Numbered from the stretch's first letter, positions 9,426 through 19,236 are shown. The stretch: 64,000 nt of DNA from Actinomycetota bacterium (GCA_039201605.1 JBCCRO010000021.1:7738-71737); one strand, 5' to 3'. The notes: a model not told the origin generated them from the letters alone. Program-made: numbers and translations.

Positions 9426-10220
9426 ATGTTCACCTGGGCTTCCAAGTACCTCTTCTCCCTCGCCGGTGTCTCGATGCTGAGCGCCGCGCTGTACGGCCTC
9501 ATCAGCGGCGGTGGCGCCATTGGCGTCGTCAGCGCCGGCTACAAGGGCGGCGTCGGCGACCACGTCGGCTACACGGTGCTCCTGGCCCTCGGTCTCGTCA
9601 CCCTGTCGCTCGGCATCCTGAGCGTGATCATCCGCGACGGCGACGCCGAGACCGCCACCGAGCTGGTCGGGGTCGAGGGGGCGCTGTCGCTCGGCACGCC
9701 CCGCAAGCCCAGCTTCTGGGCCCCCCTCGCCGCCTTCGGTGTGGCCTGCCTCGCCGTCGGCCTGGCCGTCAGCTCGGTCTTCGCCATCCTCGGCGTCGTC
9801 ATCCTGGCCGTCGTGCTGCTCCAGTGGACGGTGCTGGCCTGGTCCGAGCGGGCCACCGGCGATGACGAGGTCAACGCCACCATCCGCAGCCGGACCATCG
9901 GGCCCCTCGAGGTACCGATGATGGCGATGCTCGGCATCGCCGTTCTGGTCATCGGCATCTCCCGGGTCCTGCTGGCCGTGTCGAAGGAGGGGGCCACGGC
10001 GGTCGCCTCCGTCGTCGCCCTGGCCGTCTTCATCGCCGCCATCGCCATCGCCAAGGCCCGGGCCCCCCGTTCCATCATCACCGGCGTCGTCGCCGTCGGC
10101 GCCCTCGCCGTACTCACCGGCGGCATCGTCGGAGCCGTTGTCGGCGAAAGAGAGATCGTCCATCACTCGGAGCATGGCGACGAGTCGCACAGCGAGGATG
10201 GCGAAGGAGAAAGCGAGTGA
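9426..10220 (+). CDS. membrane protein with CtaF (actinobacterial subunit IV)-like N-terminal half
   Basis: AALYG...VGYTVLLALG...PSFWAPL pattern resembles CtaF; extra TM helices and a His/acidic tail follow. Confidence 0.6.
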   Translation: MFTWASKYLFSLAGVSMLSAALYGLISGGGAIGVVSAGYKGGVGDHVGYTVLLALGLVTLSLGILSVIIRDGDAETATELVGVEGALSLGTPRKPSFWAPLAAFGVACLAVGLAVSSVFAILGVVILAVVLLQWTVLAWSERATGDDEVNATIRSRTIGPLEVPMMAMLGIAVLVIGISRVLLAVSKEGATAVASVVALAVFIAAIAIAKARAPRSIITGVVAVGALAVLTGGIVGAVVGEREIVHHSEHGDESHSEDGEGESE

Positions 10221-11557
10221 GAGTTCCGTTGCCCAAGTCCGTGGCTCGCTGGACGGCGCTGGCCGCTCTGGCCCTGACCGCCGCCGCCTGCGCCGACGAC
10301 AAGCCGCTCAACACCTTTGAGCCCGCCGGACCCGCCGCCGATCGCATCGACGGCTTCATGTTCTACATCTGGCCGATCATGGGCATCATCTTCGTGCTCG
10401 TCATCGGCGGCGGGATCTGGATCTCCGTCAAGAACCGGGTGAAGCCCGAGGACTACGACCCCGAGGACCTGCCGCCGCAGACGCACGGCAACACCCGCCT
10501 CGAGGTGGCCTGGACCATCCTCCCCGCCGTTCTTCTGGCCGGGATCAGCGTGCCCATGGTGGCCCAGATCTGGGATCTCGAGGAGCGCAACGACGCCTGC
10601 GAGCCGGGCGAGGTCGGCGAGGGTTGCGACGGTCTCGACATCATGGTCATCGGTCAGCAGTGGTGGTGGGAGTACCGCTACGACGCCGACGGCGACGGTT
10701 TCTTCCAGGACGCCAACGGCGACGGTGTCGTCGACGGTCGCGACCAGGAGCTCCCGCTCGAGATCGCCCTCGATCCCGACGACGTGGTGACCGCCACCGA
10801 GCTGGTGATCCCGGCCGATCAGCAGATCGACCTGCTGCTCACCTCGCGGGACGTGATCCACTCGTACTGGATCCCCCGCCTCAACGGTAAGCGTGACACC
10901 GTGCCCGGCCGTCTCCACACCTGGTCGGTCGAGGCCTTCGAGCCCGGCAAGTACACCGGCTGGTGCACCGAGTACTGCGGTCTGTCCCACGCTCGCATGC
11001 GGATGTCGACCATCGCCCTCCCCCAGGACGAGTTCGACGCCTGGCTCGACAACCAGAAGCAGTTGGCCGAGGTCCCCGAGGTCGGCACCGACGCCTACGA
11101 GGGGCGTGAGCTCTTCGCCCAGCAGTGCGCCAGCTGCCACGTGATCAACGACAACTCGGCCGACTTCGACCCCGGGGACGATGTGGCCTTCACGATCTTC
11201 GACTACGGGGAGAACTTCGAGGCCGCCCTCACCTCCAAGGCGGCGCCGAATCTCACGCACTTCGCCACCCGGTCGAGTTTCGCCGGCGGCATCTTCGGCG
11301 TCTATCTTGGACCGGGAACCGACCCCAACGACGACGCCCTCGATGTGTCGCAGTATCTGACTTTGGCCGAGCAGGCGTCGGCGGCGGACAGCCGTGATGA
11401 CTTCCGGGTGAACTCGGCCCAACTGAAGCGTTGGATCGCCAACGCTCCGTCGCAGAAGGCCATGGACCCAGATGACGGTCGAGGTATGACGGCCTTCCCG
11501 CAGCTCACCGACGAACAACTCGACAACCTCGTCGCCTACCTGGCGACGTTGGACTGA
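10217..11557 (+). CDS. ctaC: cytochrome c oxidase subunit II with fused cytochrome c (caa3 type), lipoprotein
   Basis: Lipobox TAAAC, LEVAWT, QQWWWEY, DVIHS, CuA motif CTEYCGLSHARM and heme motif CASCH. Confidence 0.95.
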   Translation: MRVPLPKSVARWTALAALALTAAACADDKPLNTFEPAGPAADRIDGFMFYIWPIMGIIFVLVIGGGIWISVKNRVKPEDYDPEDLPPQTHGNTRLEVAWTILPAVLLAGISVPMVAQIWDLEERNDACEPGEVGEGCDGLDIMVIGQQWWWEYRYDADGDGFFQDANGDGVVDGRDQELPLEIALDPDDVVTATELVIPADQQIDLLLTSRDVIHSYWIPRLNGKRDTVPGRLHTWSVEAFEPGKYTGWCTEYCGLSHARMRMSTIALPQDEFDAWLDNQKQLAEVPEVGTDAYEGRELFAQQCASCHVINDNSADFDPGDDVAFTIFDYGENFEAALTSKAAPNLTHFATRSSFAGGIFGVYLGPGTDPNDDALDVSQYLTLAEQASAADSRDDFRVNSAQLKRWIANAPSQKAMDPDDGRGMTAFPQLTDEQLDNLVAYLATLD

Positions 11558-11574
11558 CCAGGAGCACGTAGCTG

Positions 11575-13575
11575 ATGGCGATTACGGAAGAACCTCTCGC
11601 TCTTCCCGCCGGCGATTCCGGCCCCGCAGAGAAGCCGCTCGGCGTCTTCACCCGACCCCGGGAGGCGACCGGCCTGGTCAACTGGATGACCACGGTCGAT
11701 CACAAGAAGATCGGCATCATGTACGGCGCCGCGTCGATGTTCTTCCTGCTCATCGGAGGCCTGGCCGCAATCCTGATCCGCATCCAGCTGGCCACGCCGA
11801 ACAGCACCTTCCTGTCGGCCGACGCCTACAACCGGATCTTCACCATGCACGGCACGGTGATGGTGTTCCTGGTGGTGATGCCCCTCGGTGCGGCGTTCGC
11901 CAACTACATGATGCCCATCCAGGTGGGCGCCCGTGATGTGGCCTTCCCCCGGATCAACGCCTTCAGCTTCTGGGTGTTCTTCCTGGGCGGCCTCATGCTC
12001 AACACCAGCTGGTTCCTCGGCGGCGGCGCCAACGGCGGCTGGTTCAACTACGCCCCCAACAACGGCATCGCCTACTCCCCGTCGACCGGTATCGACTTCT
12101 GGAATGTGGGCCTGCTGATCGTCGGTTTCGGCTCGCTCACCGGTTCGATCAACCTGATCACCACCGTCCTCAACCTGCGGGCCCCCGGCATGTCGCTGAT
12201 GAAGATGCCGGTCTTCGTCTGGATGACCCTGGTCACCCAGTTCCTGCTGCTGTTCGCCATCCCGGTGCTCACCGTGGCCCAGCTGCTACTGCTCTTCGAT
12301 CGCCTCTTCGAGGCCAACTTCTTCAACGTGGCTCAGGGCGCCGACCCGCTGCTCTGGCAGCACCTGTTCTGGATCTTCGGACACCCCGAGGTGTACCTGA
12401 TGATCCTGCCCGCCTTCGGCATCGTCTCGGAGGTCATCCCGACCTTCGCCCGCAAGCCGATCTTCGGCTACCCGTTCATGGTCTTCTCCGGCATCGCCAT
12501 CGGCTTCATGGGCTGGGGCGTGTGGGCCCACCACATGTTCGTCTCGGGCATCGGCCCGCTGTCGGTCACGGCCTTCTCGGTGGCGACGATGTTCATCGCC
12601 GTGCCGACCGGTGTGAAGATCCTCAACTGGCTGGCCACGATGTGGGGCGGCAAGTTGATCCTCAACACGGCGATGTTGTTCGCCATCGGTCTGGTCACCC
12701 AGTTCACCATCGGCGGTCTGTCGGGCGTGTCGCACGCCATCGCCCCGTCCGACACCCAGCAGACCGACACCTACTACATCGTCGCCCACTTCCACTACGT
12801 GCTCTTCGGTGGCGCCCTCTTCGGCTTCATCTCGGGCCTGTACTTCTGGTGGCCCAAGGTCTTCGGCTACAAGATGAACGAGAAGGTCGGCAAGTGGAAC
12901 TTCTGGGCCATGGTGGTCGGCTTCAACCTCACCTTCGGCCCGATGCACATCCTCGGCCTCCAGGGCATGCCCCGCCGCATGCAGACCTACGACAGCGCCA
13001 TGGGCTTCACCCTGTGGAACTTCGTGGCCACCATCGGTTCGCTCATCCTCGCCGTCGGCACCCTGATGACGCTCTACAACGCCTTCTACTCCTACTTCCA
13101 GTGGAAGGCCGTCGGTAAGCCTGACGTCGGCCCCGACCCGTGGGACGGCAGGACGCTCGAGTGGTCGGTCCAGTCGCCCACCCCGGAGCACAACTTCGAC
13201 GTGAGCCCGACCGTCACCTCGCTCGACGACTTCTGGCACCGCAAGTACGTGGAGGACGACGACGGCGCCATACGCCGGGTCGCCACCGGTGACGAATTGG
13301 CCCAGCCCGGCAACGGCGAGGGCGTGCACCTCCCGGCGCCGTCGTACTGGCCGATCGTGCTCTCGGCGGCCCTGCCGATCGTGGGCTACGGCCTGATCTA
13401 CAACCTGTGGCTGACGGTCCCCGGCGGCCTGCTGGTGATCGCCGCCCTGTTCGGTTGGGCGCTGGAGCCGGCCGACGATCTCGATCTCGACGACGGGCAC
13501 GGGCACGGCCACGGCGGTGACCACGACGATCCCGACGGCGGCGGTAACGCCGACGATCTTCTGGAGATGGTCTAG
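11575..13575 (+). CDS. ctaD: cytochrome c oxidase subunit I (A1 type)
   Basis: FTMHG, GHPEVY, WAHHMF, AHFHY and GMPRR are all intact. Confidence 0.97.
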   Translation: MAITEEPLALPAGDSGPAEKPLGVFTRPREATGLVNWMTTVDHKKIGIMYGAASMFFLLIGGLAAILIRIQLATPNSTFLSADAYNRIFTMHGTVMVFLVVMPLGAAFANYMMPIQVGARDVAFPRINAFSFWVFFLGGLMLNTSWFLGGGANGGWFNYAPNNGIAYSPSTGIDFWNVGLLIVGFGSLTGSINLITTVLNLRAPGMSLMKMPVFVWMTLVTQFLLLFAIPVLTVAQLLLLFDRLFEANFFNVAQGADPLLWQHLFWIFGHPEVYLMILPAFGIVSEVIPTFARKPIFGYPFMVFSGIAIGFMGWGVWAHHMFVSGIGPLSVTAFSVATMFIAVPTGVKILNWLATMWGGKLILNTAMLFAIGLVTQFTIGGLSGVSHAIAPSDTQQTDTYYIVAHFHYVLFGGALFGFISGLYFWWPKVFGYKMNEKVGKWNFWAMVVGFNLTFGPMHILGLQGMPRRMQTYDSAMGFTLWNFVATIGSLILAVGTLMTLYNAFYSYFQWKAVGKPDVGPDPWDGRTLEWSVQSPTPEHNFDVSPTVTSLDDFWHRKYVEDDDGAIRRVATGDELAQPGNGEGVHLPAPSYWPIVLSAALPIVGYGLIYNLWLTVPGGLLVIAALFGWALEPADDLDLDDGHGHGHGGDHDDPDGGGNADDLLEMV

Positions 13576-14300
13576 TGAGCGACGTAGCGATACCCGTCGA
13601 GAAGGGCCCGGTAGGGGCCCACGACATCCGCCCCGGCGAGAGCGCCCACGACGGCGGTCACGAGGAGCATCACGCCAGCCTCGGCCTGTCCAACATGAAG
13701 CTGGCCATGTGGCTGTTCCTCGGGTCGGAGTGCCTGCTGTTCGGCGCCCTGATCTCGACGTACCTGCTGTCGAAGGCCAACTTCATCACCGAGCTCCTCG
13801 CTGGCAATCCCGACGTCATCGAAACGCTGCCCCCCGAGATAGCGGCCGAGTTCATCGCCGCCGGTTCGGTGGAGCCGATCTACGACATCCCCTTCACCTC
13901 GGCCAGCTCCTTCATCCTGTTGATGAGCTCGCTCACGATGGTGCTGGCCCACAAGTCCACCCACGAGGGCGACATCCGCAATCAGCGGGTGTGGCTGGCG
14001 GCCACCGCCGTGCTCGGGTCGACCTTCATCGCCGGCCAGGTCTACGAGTTCACCGTGTTCTTCCGTGAGGGCATCACCTACAACGGCAACCTCTTCGGTT
14101 CCGCCTTCTACACCCTCACCGGCTTCCACGGCGTGCACGTCACCGGCGGCATCCTGATGCTGGTCGCGCTGTTGATCATGTCGTTCCGGGGCAAGCTGCA
14201 GAGGGACCGGGCCGAGACCGTCGAGCTCGTCGGTCTGTACTGGCACTTCGTCGACATCGTGTGGGTGCTCATCTTCACGATCGTCTACCTGATTCCGTAG
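13575..14300 (+). CDS. ctaE: cytochrome c oxidase subunit III
   Basis: MWLFLGSECLLFG, FYTLTGFHGVHV and GLYWHFVDIVW. Confidence 0.95.
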   Translation: MSDVAIPVEKGPVGAHDIRPGESAHDGGHEEHHASLGLSNMKLAMWLFLGSECLLFGALISTYLLSKANFITELLAGNPDVIETLPPEIAAEFIAAGSVEPIYDIPFTSASSFILLMSSLTMVLAHKSTHEGDIRNQRVWLAATAVLGSTFIAGQVYEFTVFFREGITYNGNLFGSAFYTLTGFHGVHVTGGILMLVALLIMSFRGKLQRDRAETVELVGLYWHFVDIVWVLIFTIVYLIP

Positions 14301-14311
14301 AGGTTGATGTC

Positions 14312-14644
14312 ATGAGCGAAACCGCCACCGCCACCCACGACGATCATCACGACGAGGCCCACCCGACCGAGGGCCAGTACTGGGTCGTCTTCGTCGCCCT
14401 CGCCGTGCTCACCGCGGTCGAGGTGCTCTGGTACTTCCTCCCGTTCGAGGGCCTGTTCGAGGTCCTCCCGCTCCTCATCATGATGGTGGCGAAGTTCTTC
14501 CTCGTCGGTGGCTTCTTCATGCACCTCTACTTCGACATGAAGATGATCAACGGCCGCCTGTTCACCTGGGCGTTCGCCGGCGGCATCCTGCTGGCGATGG
14601 CCGTGTACTTCATCGTCTTCGCCACGTTCGAATTCTCATTCTGA
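14312..14644 (+). CDS. cytochrome c oxidase subunit IV family (COX4_pro-like)
   Basis: 3 TM helices with LTAVEV and KFFLVGGFFMHL. Confidence 0.85.
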   Translation: MSETATATHDDHHDEAHPTEGQYWVVFVALAVLTAVEVLWYFLPFEGLFEVLPLLIMMVAKFFLVGGFFMHLYFDMKMINGRLFTWAFAGGILLAMAVYFIVFATFEFSF

Positions 14645-14741
14645 CCCGCCCGGCCCCCCAGGGGCGGCGCGGATCTGAAACCGGCTGAAACCGGCCCGCC
14701 GGGTCGGACATCGAGGCCCCGAACACGCTTCACTGGGAACC

Positions 14742-15680
14742 ATGGAACTGACGCTCTCCGATATCGGCTGGCAGGCCCACCCCGAGGTGTGGACGCTGGT
14801 GATCGGCATCGTGGCGTTGGGCTTCTACGTCCATCGAGTGGTTCAGCCCAAGGCGGTGGCCGCCGGGTTCGAGCCCGTCACCAGGACCCAGCAGTTGTGG
14901 TTCACCCTGGCCCTCCTGGGGCTGTGGGGCGCCTCCGACTGGCCGGTGCACGACGTGGCCGAGGAATACCTGTACTTCGTGCACATGGCGCAGCACCTGT
15001 TCATCTCGATGATCGTGCCGATGCTGTTCCTGCTGGCCATGCCCTCGTGGTTGTTCCGACTGGTCTTCCCCAAGGACGGCGGCGCCTACAACTTCCTCCG
15101 TCGGGCCTCGCGCCCGATCGTGGCGGGCCTGGTGTTCAACGGGCTCACCCTGCTGCTCCACTGGTCGAAGCTGGTGCAGCTGTCGTTCGAGAGCGGCCCG
15201 TTCCACTTCTTCCTCCACCTCCTGGTGTTCGGCGCCGGCCTCCTGATGTGGATGCCGATCGTCGGGCCCGAGCAGGAGTGGCGCCTGTCGCCGATCGGTC
15301 AGTGCATTTTCCTGTTCATGATGTCGATCGTGCCCACGGTGCCCGGTGGGTGGCTCGTGTTCGCCGAGGATGTCGTCTACCGCCACTACGACACCGTCGA
15401 CCGCCTGTGGGGCGTGAGCGCCCTCACCGACCAGCAGGCCGCCGGGGTGATCATGAAGCTGGCCGGTGGGTTCTTCCTGTGGGCCATCATCGTGGTGATC
15501 TTCGCCCGGTGGGCGATGAGCGAGGCCGAGGCCGACCGCGAGGCCCGTCGAGCCCGCCGCATCGATCTCGACGCGGTAGCCCGCTCGGCCGAGGCGGCCT
15601 CCGGCGCCGACGAGCTGACCTACGACGACGTGACCGACGAATTCGCCCGCACCGAGGCTCCAGCCGAGCCATCGAGATGA
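14742..15680 (+). CDS. ctaG: cytochrome c oxidase assembly protein, caa3 CtaG family
   Basis: HMAQHL, LHW and DQQAAGVIMK motifs. Confidence 0.88.
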   Translation: MELTLSDIGWQAHPEVWTLVIGIVALGFYVHRVVQPKAVAAGFEPVTRTQQLWFTLALLGLWGASDWPVHDVAEEYLYFVHMAQHLFISMIVPMLFLLAMPSWLFRLVFPKDGGAYNFLRRASRPIVAGLVFNGLTLLLHWSKLVQLSFESGPFHFFLHLLVFGAGLLMWMPIVGPEQEWRLSPIGQCIFLFMMSIVPTVPGGWLVFAEDVVYRHYDTVDRLWGVSALTDQQAAGVIMKLAGGFFLWAIIVVIFARWAMSEAEADREARRARRIDLDAVARSAEAASGADELTYDDVTDEFARTEAPAEPSR

Positions 15681-15793
15681 TCGTTCGCCGGTACCCCGTG
15701 CTCGGCCCCGAGCCGTCGAGATGATCGTTCGCCGGTACCCCGTGCTGTCGAGATGATCGTTCGCCGGTACCCCGTGCTCGGCCCCGAGCCGTC
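15665..15793. repeat. tandem direct repeat, three copies of a 31-bp core
   Basis: TCGAGATGATCGTTCGCCGGTACCCCGTGCT at 15672, 15716 and 15748. Confidence 0.95.
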
Positions 15794-15810
15794 CCGGTAG
15801 GGGAGAGGCC

Positions 15811-16449
15811 ATGGATCTGGCCCGGATGCGCCAGGAGTACGAGGCGACCGGCATCGTCGACGCCGACTTCGGGCCCGACCCCCTGGTACACGTGCAGGAG
15901 TGGTTGCAGGCCTCGGTCGACGCCGGCCTCCACGAGCCGAACGCCATGGTGGTGGCGACCGTCGACGACGACGGCCAGCCCTGGAGCCGCTACGTCCTCC
16001 TCAAGCAGGTCGGGCCCGACGGCTTCGACTTCTACACCAACTACGAGAGCAACAAGTCGACGCAGCTCACCACCAACCCCCGAGCCTCACTCAGCTTCGG
16101 TTGGCTCGAGCTGCACCGGCAGCTGATGGTGGCCGGCACCGTCGGCCGGGTGCCGGTGGACGAGAGCGACCACTACTGGTCGGTGCGGCCCCGGGGCTCC
16201 CAGCTCGGCGGGTGGGCCTCCGATCAGAGCCGCCCGCTTACCGACGGCCGCAGGCAGCTCGACGCCGCCTACCGAGACGCCGACGAGCGCTTTGGCGACC
16301 GGGTGCCTCGCCCCGACCACTGGGGCGGATGGCGGGTGGTGCCCCACACGATCGAGTTCTGGCAGGGACGGGAGAACCGCCTCCACGATCGCCTTCGCTA
16401 CCACCGCGACGCTGCCGGAAGTTGGTCGCGGGCCCGCCTCGCTCCCTGA
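15811..16449 (+). CDS. pdxH: pyridoxamine 5'-phosphate oxidase
   Basis: FYTNYESNK, RPRGSQLGGWASDQS and EFWQGRENRLHDR. Confidence 0.95.
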   Translation: MDLARMRQEYEATGIVDADFGPDPLVHVQEWLQASVDAGLHEPNAMVVATVDDDGQPWSRYVLLKQVGPDGFDFYTNYESNKSTQLTTNPRASLSFGWLELHRQLMVAGTVGRVPVDESDHYWSVRPRGSQLGGWASDQSRPLTDGRRQLDAAYRDADERFGDRVPRPDHWGGWRVVPHTIEFWQGRENRLHDRLRYHRDAAGSWSRARLAP

Positions 16450-16489
16450 GGCCGCCACGGCCACCCGGCACCGGTCGGCCGAGGAGAGC

Positions 16490-17293
16490 CTAGGAGGCTC
16501 CCTCCGACAGGTCGTGGGCCAGCTGGCTCCACGTTGCCGGCGGCCGATAGCCGGGCTCGATCTCGGGCCGCACCGGCCTGCGGTCGATGACCCATTTGGG
16601 GCTGACCCCGACGTGATCGTTGAACAGCCGATGGAGCTGACGGCGCCCCAACCCCAGGCGACGGCACACGTCGCCCACCCCACCGATGGCGGGCTCACGA
16701 TTGATCCGGCTGATCAGGTCGGCCACCGCCTCCGAGGTGGTGCGCTCGGGCGGGATCATCGGGCTGAAGTAGTCGACCAGGAGTGCGATCTGGCTGTCGA
16801 GCGGCATCGGGTGCTGCAGCTCGGCCTGGAGTTGCAGCATCGACGGACCGAACACGTCGTGGGCGGGCACGCTCTGCTCGGTCAGCGTCTCGACCGAACG
16901 CCCGAGCAACGGCCGGAAGCAGCCCGGCCGGAACACCAGGCCCAGCACCCGGCCCCGCCCCACCAGCTCCCGGCGGTAGCGGAGCGACCCGAGCCCGGTG
17001 ATGGTGGCGGTGCCCTGCTCGAAGGTGAGGGTCACGGCCGGGTTGGTGACGACCTCGGGGGCCACCTGCTGACCCTCGGGGAGGGCCCAGGAGGCCTGCC
17101 AGATGCGCTCCACCAGCCGGCCGAGCGGGGTCGGAGGCGTCCGTCGGAGCACGCTCACGCCCCGGCGCAGGGAGCTGCGGTACCGACCGGCGGTCTCGTC
17201 GTCGAAGACACCATCGCCGCCGGTGGGCAGGGTGTCGCCGTCGTCCGCCGGGCTCTCGCGCACGGTGTGGGCCGAGGTCTCGAAACCGGTCAC
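16490..17293 (-). CDS. AraC-family regulator, C-terminally truncated (possible pseudogene)
   Basis: First HTH RQLHRLFNDHVGVSPKW is present; the second HTH stops at WSQLAHDL without the GY.DQ.H segment. Confidence 0.6.
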   Translation of the reverse strand: MTGFETSAHTVRESPADDGDTLPTGGDGVFDDETAGRYRSSLRRGVSVLRRTPPTPLGRLVERIWQASWALPEGQQVAPEVVTNPAVTLTFEQGTATITGLGSLRYRRELVGRGRVLGLVFRPGCFRPLLGRSVETLTEQSVPAHDVFGPSMLQLQAELQHPMPLDSQIALLVDYFSPMIPPERTTSEAVADLISRINREPAIGGVGDVCRRLGLGRRQLHRLFNDHVGVSPKWVIDRRPVRPEIEPGYRPPATWSQLAHDLSEGAS

Positions 17294-18228
17294 CGCGCCG
17301 CCACCGCCTCGATCAGATCGGCGCCGGCCTGTTTGACGTGATCCAGATCGCTCAGGTCGAGCACCTGGAGGTAGACGCGGCTGCAGCCGGCATCGGCGTA
17401 GGCCCCGAGCTTGGTCAGCACCTCGTCGACCGTGCCGGCGGCGCCGTTGGCCCGGAGCTCGTCGGGCTCGCGGCCGATGGCGGCGGCCCGGCGGTTCACC
17501 TCGGCCTCGTCGGCCCCGAGGCACAGCACGAGACCGACCGACATGGTCACCTCATCGGGATCGCGGTCGATCGCGGTGCAGGCCGCCCGCACCCGGTCGA
17601 TTCCGGACCCGATGTCGTCGAGACCGACGAAGGGCTGGTTGAACTCGGCGGCGAACCGGGCCACCAGGCTCGGTGTGCGTTTCGGGCCACGGCCACCGAT
17701 GATGATCGGCGGCCCGGGGCGTTGAGCCGGCTTCGGCAGGCCGGGAGCGTCGGCGAAGGTGTGGAACCGGCCCTGGTGGGAGAAGGTCTCGCCGTCCGGC
17801 GTGGCCCACAGCCCCGTGATCTGCTCGAGGTACTCCTCCATACGGTCGAAGCGCTCGCCGAGCGGGGGGAAGGGCAGGCCGTGGGTCGGGTGCTCGGCCT
17901 CGTACCAGCCGGTGCCGAACCCGAACTCGATGCGACCCCCCGACATCTGGTCGACCTGGGCCACGGCCACGGCCAGGGGGCCGGGCAGGTAGAACGTGGC
18001 CGGGCTGACGAGGGTGCCCAGGCGGATCGTCGAGGTCTCGCGGGCCAGGCCGCCGAGGGTGATCCAGGCGTCGGTCGGGCCCGGTAGCCCGTCGACGTCA
18101 CCCATCTTCAGATAGTGGTCCGAACGGAAGAAGCCGTCGAAGCCGGCCGCCTCGGCGGCACGCGCCACCGCCAGGAGCCCGTCGTAGGTGGCCCCCTGCT
18201 GCGGCTCGGTGAAGATTCGCAGTTCCAT
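17290..18228 (-). CDS. LLM-class F420-dependent oxidoreductase
   Basis: MELRIFTEPQQGATY, FFRSDH, PGPTDAW and VDQMSGGR. Confidence 0.9.
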   Translation of the reverse strand: MELRIFTEPQQGATYDGLLAVARAAEAAGFDGFFRSDHYLKMGDVDGLPGPTDAWITLGGLARETSTIRLGTLVSPATFYLPGPLAVAVAQVDQMSGGRIEFGFGTGWYEAEHPTHGLPFPPLGERFDRMEEYLEQITGLWATPDGETFSHQGRFHTFADAPGLPKPAQRPGPPIIIGGRGPKRTPSLVARFAAEFNQPFVGLDDIGSGIDRVRAACTAIDRDPDEVTMSVGLVLCLGADEAEVNRRAAAIGREPDELRANGAAGTVDEVLTKLGAYADAGCSRVYLQVLDLSDLDHVKQAGADLIEAVAAR

Positions 18229-18303
18229 GCCCCGTCAAAACTAGACGCTCACAGCGCAGCTCACGGGCCGGTGCGGACAGAGATCGCGCACTAGGTTGGG
18301 ATC

Positions 18304-19173
18304 GTGTCTGAATCGGTGCTGCGGGTGGGGTGCGCCATGTGGGCCGATCGACGGTGGATCGGTCGCTTCTTCCCTGATGACACGGTCCAAGGCCGTGAGC
18401 TGGCGGCCTACGCCACCTGGTGCACGGCGGTGGAGGGCAATACCACCTTCTACGGTCTCCCGAGCCCGACCACGGTGGCCCGATGGGCGGAGGACGCCCC
18501 GGCAGACTTCCGGTTCGTATTCAAGCTTCCCCGTACAATTACCCATGATCGACGGCTGCGATCGGCGGGGGATCAGGTGGCCGAGGCCCTCGATCGATTG
18601 GCCCCGTTGGGGGAGCGGGCGGCCCCGATCTCGATCCAGTTGCCGGCGTCGTTCGGGCCCGACGATCTCGGCGTCCTCGACCGGTTCCTGCACGCCCTCT
18701 CCCTGGACTGGACGTGGGCGGTGGAGGTGCGGGACAAGCGCTTCTGCGAGGGCGGTGACGAGGAGCGGGCCCTGAACGACCTCCTGGCCCGCCACGGGGC
18801 CGAGCGCATCATCATCGACACCCGGGCGGTGTTCGCCGGACCCCGCCAGACCCCGGCCGAGATCGAGGCCTTCGAACGCAAGCCCCGTCTGCCGGTCCGA
18901 CCGGTGGCCATCGGGCCGACCCCGGTGGTCCGTTTCATCGGCCAGACCGACCCGGAGGCCAACCCGGGCTGGTGGTCGAAGTGGGTGCCCAAGGTGGCCC
19001 AGTGGCTCGACGAGGGCCGGTCGCCGATCTTCTTCGTGCACACCCCGGACAACGGCCCGGCGCCGGCCCTGGCCCGCCGGTTCCACGCCGAGGTGGCGGC
19101 GCTGGTGCCCGACCTGGCCCCGCTCCCGGACGCGCAACGGCCGGCGGATCAGCTCCGGTTGTTGGGAGGCTGA
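18304..19173 (+). CDS. DUF72 domain protein
   Basis: VEGNTTFY, FKLPRTITH, QLPASF and FFVHTPDN. Confidence 0.9.
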   Translation: MSESVLRVGCAMWADRRWIGRFFPDDTVQGRELAAYATWCTAVEGNTTFYGLPSPTTVARWAEDAPADFRFVFKLPRTITHDRRLRSAGDQVAEALDRLAPLGERAAPISIQLPASFGPDDLGVLDRFLHALSLDWTWAVEVRDKRFCEGGDEERALNDLLARHGAERIIIDTRAVFAGPRQTPAEIEAFERKPRLPVRPVAIGPTPVVRFIGQTDPEANPGWWSKWVPKVAQWLDEGRSPIFFVHTPDNGPAPALARRFHAEVAALVPDLAPLPDAQRPADQLRLLGG

Positions 19174-19236
19174 TCCGCCGGCCGTCCGTCGCCGGTTCCC
19201 GCCGGACGTGGACCGGATGCCGCTCGGCGGCGTCGG

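Noticed and set aside
15665-15793. Possible mini-CRISPR array
   Set aside because: The intervening sequences are 13 nt and 1 nt and are themselves repeated; no cas genes are nearby.
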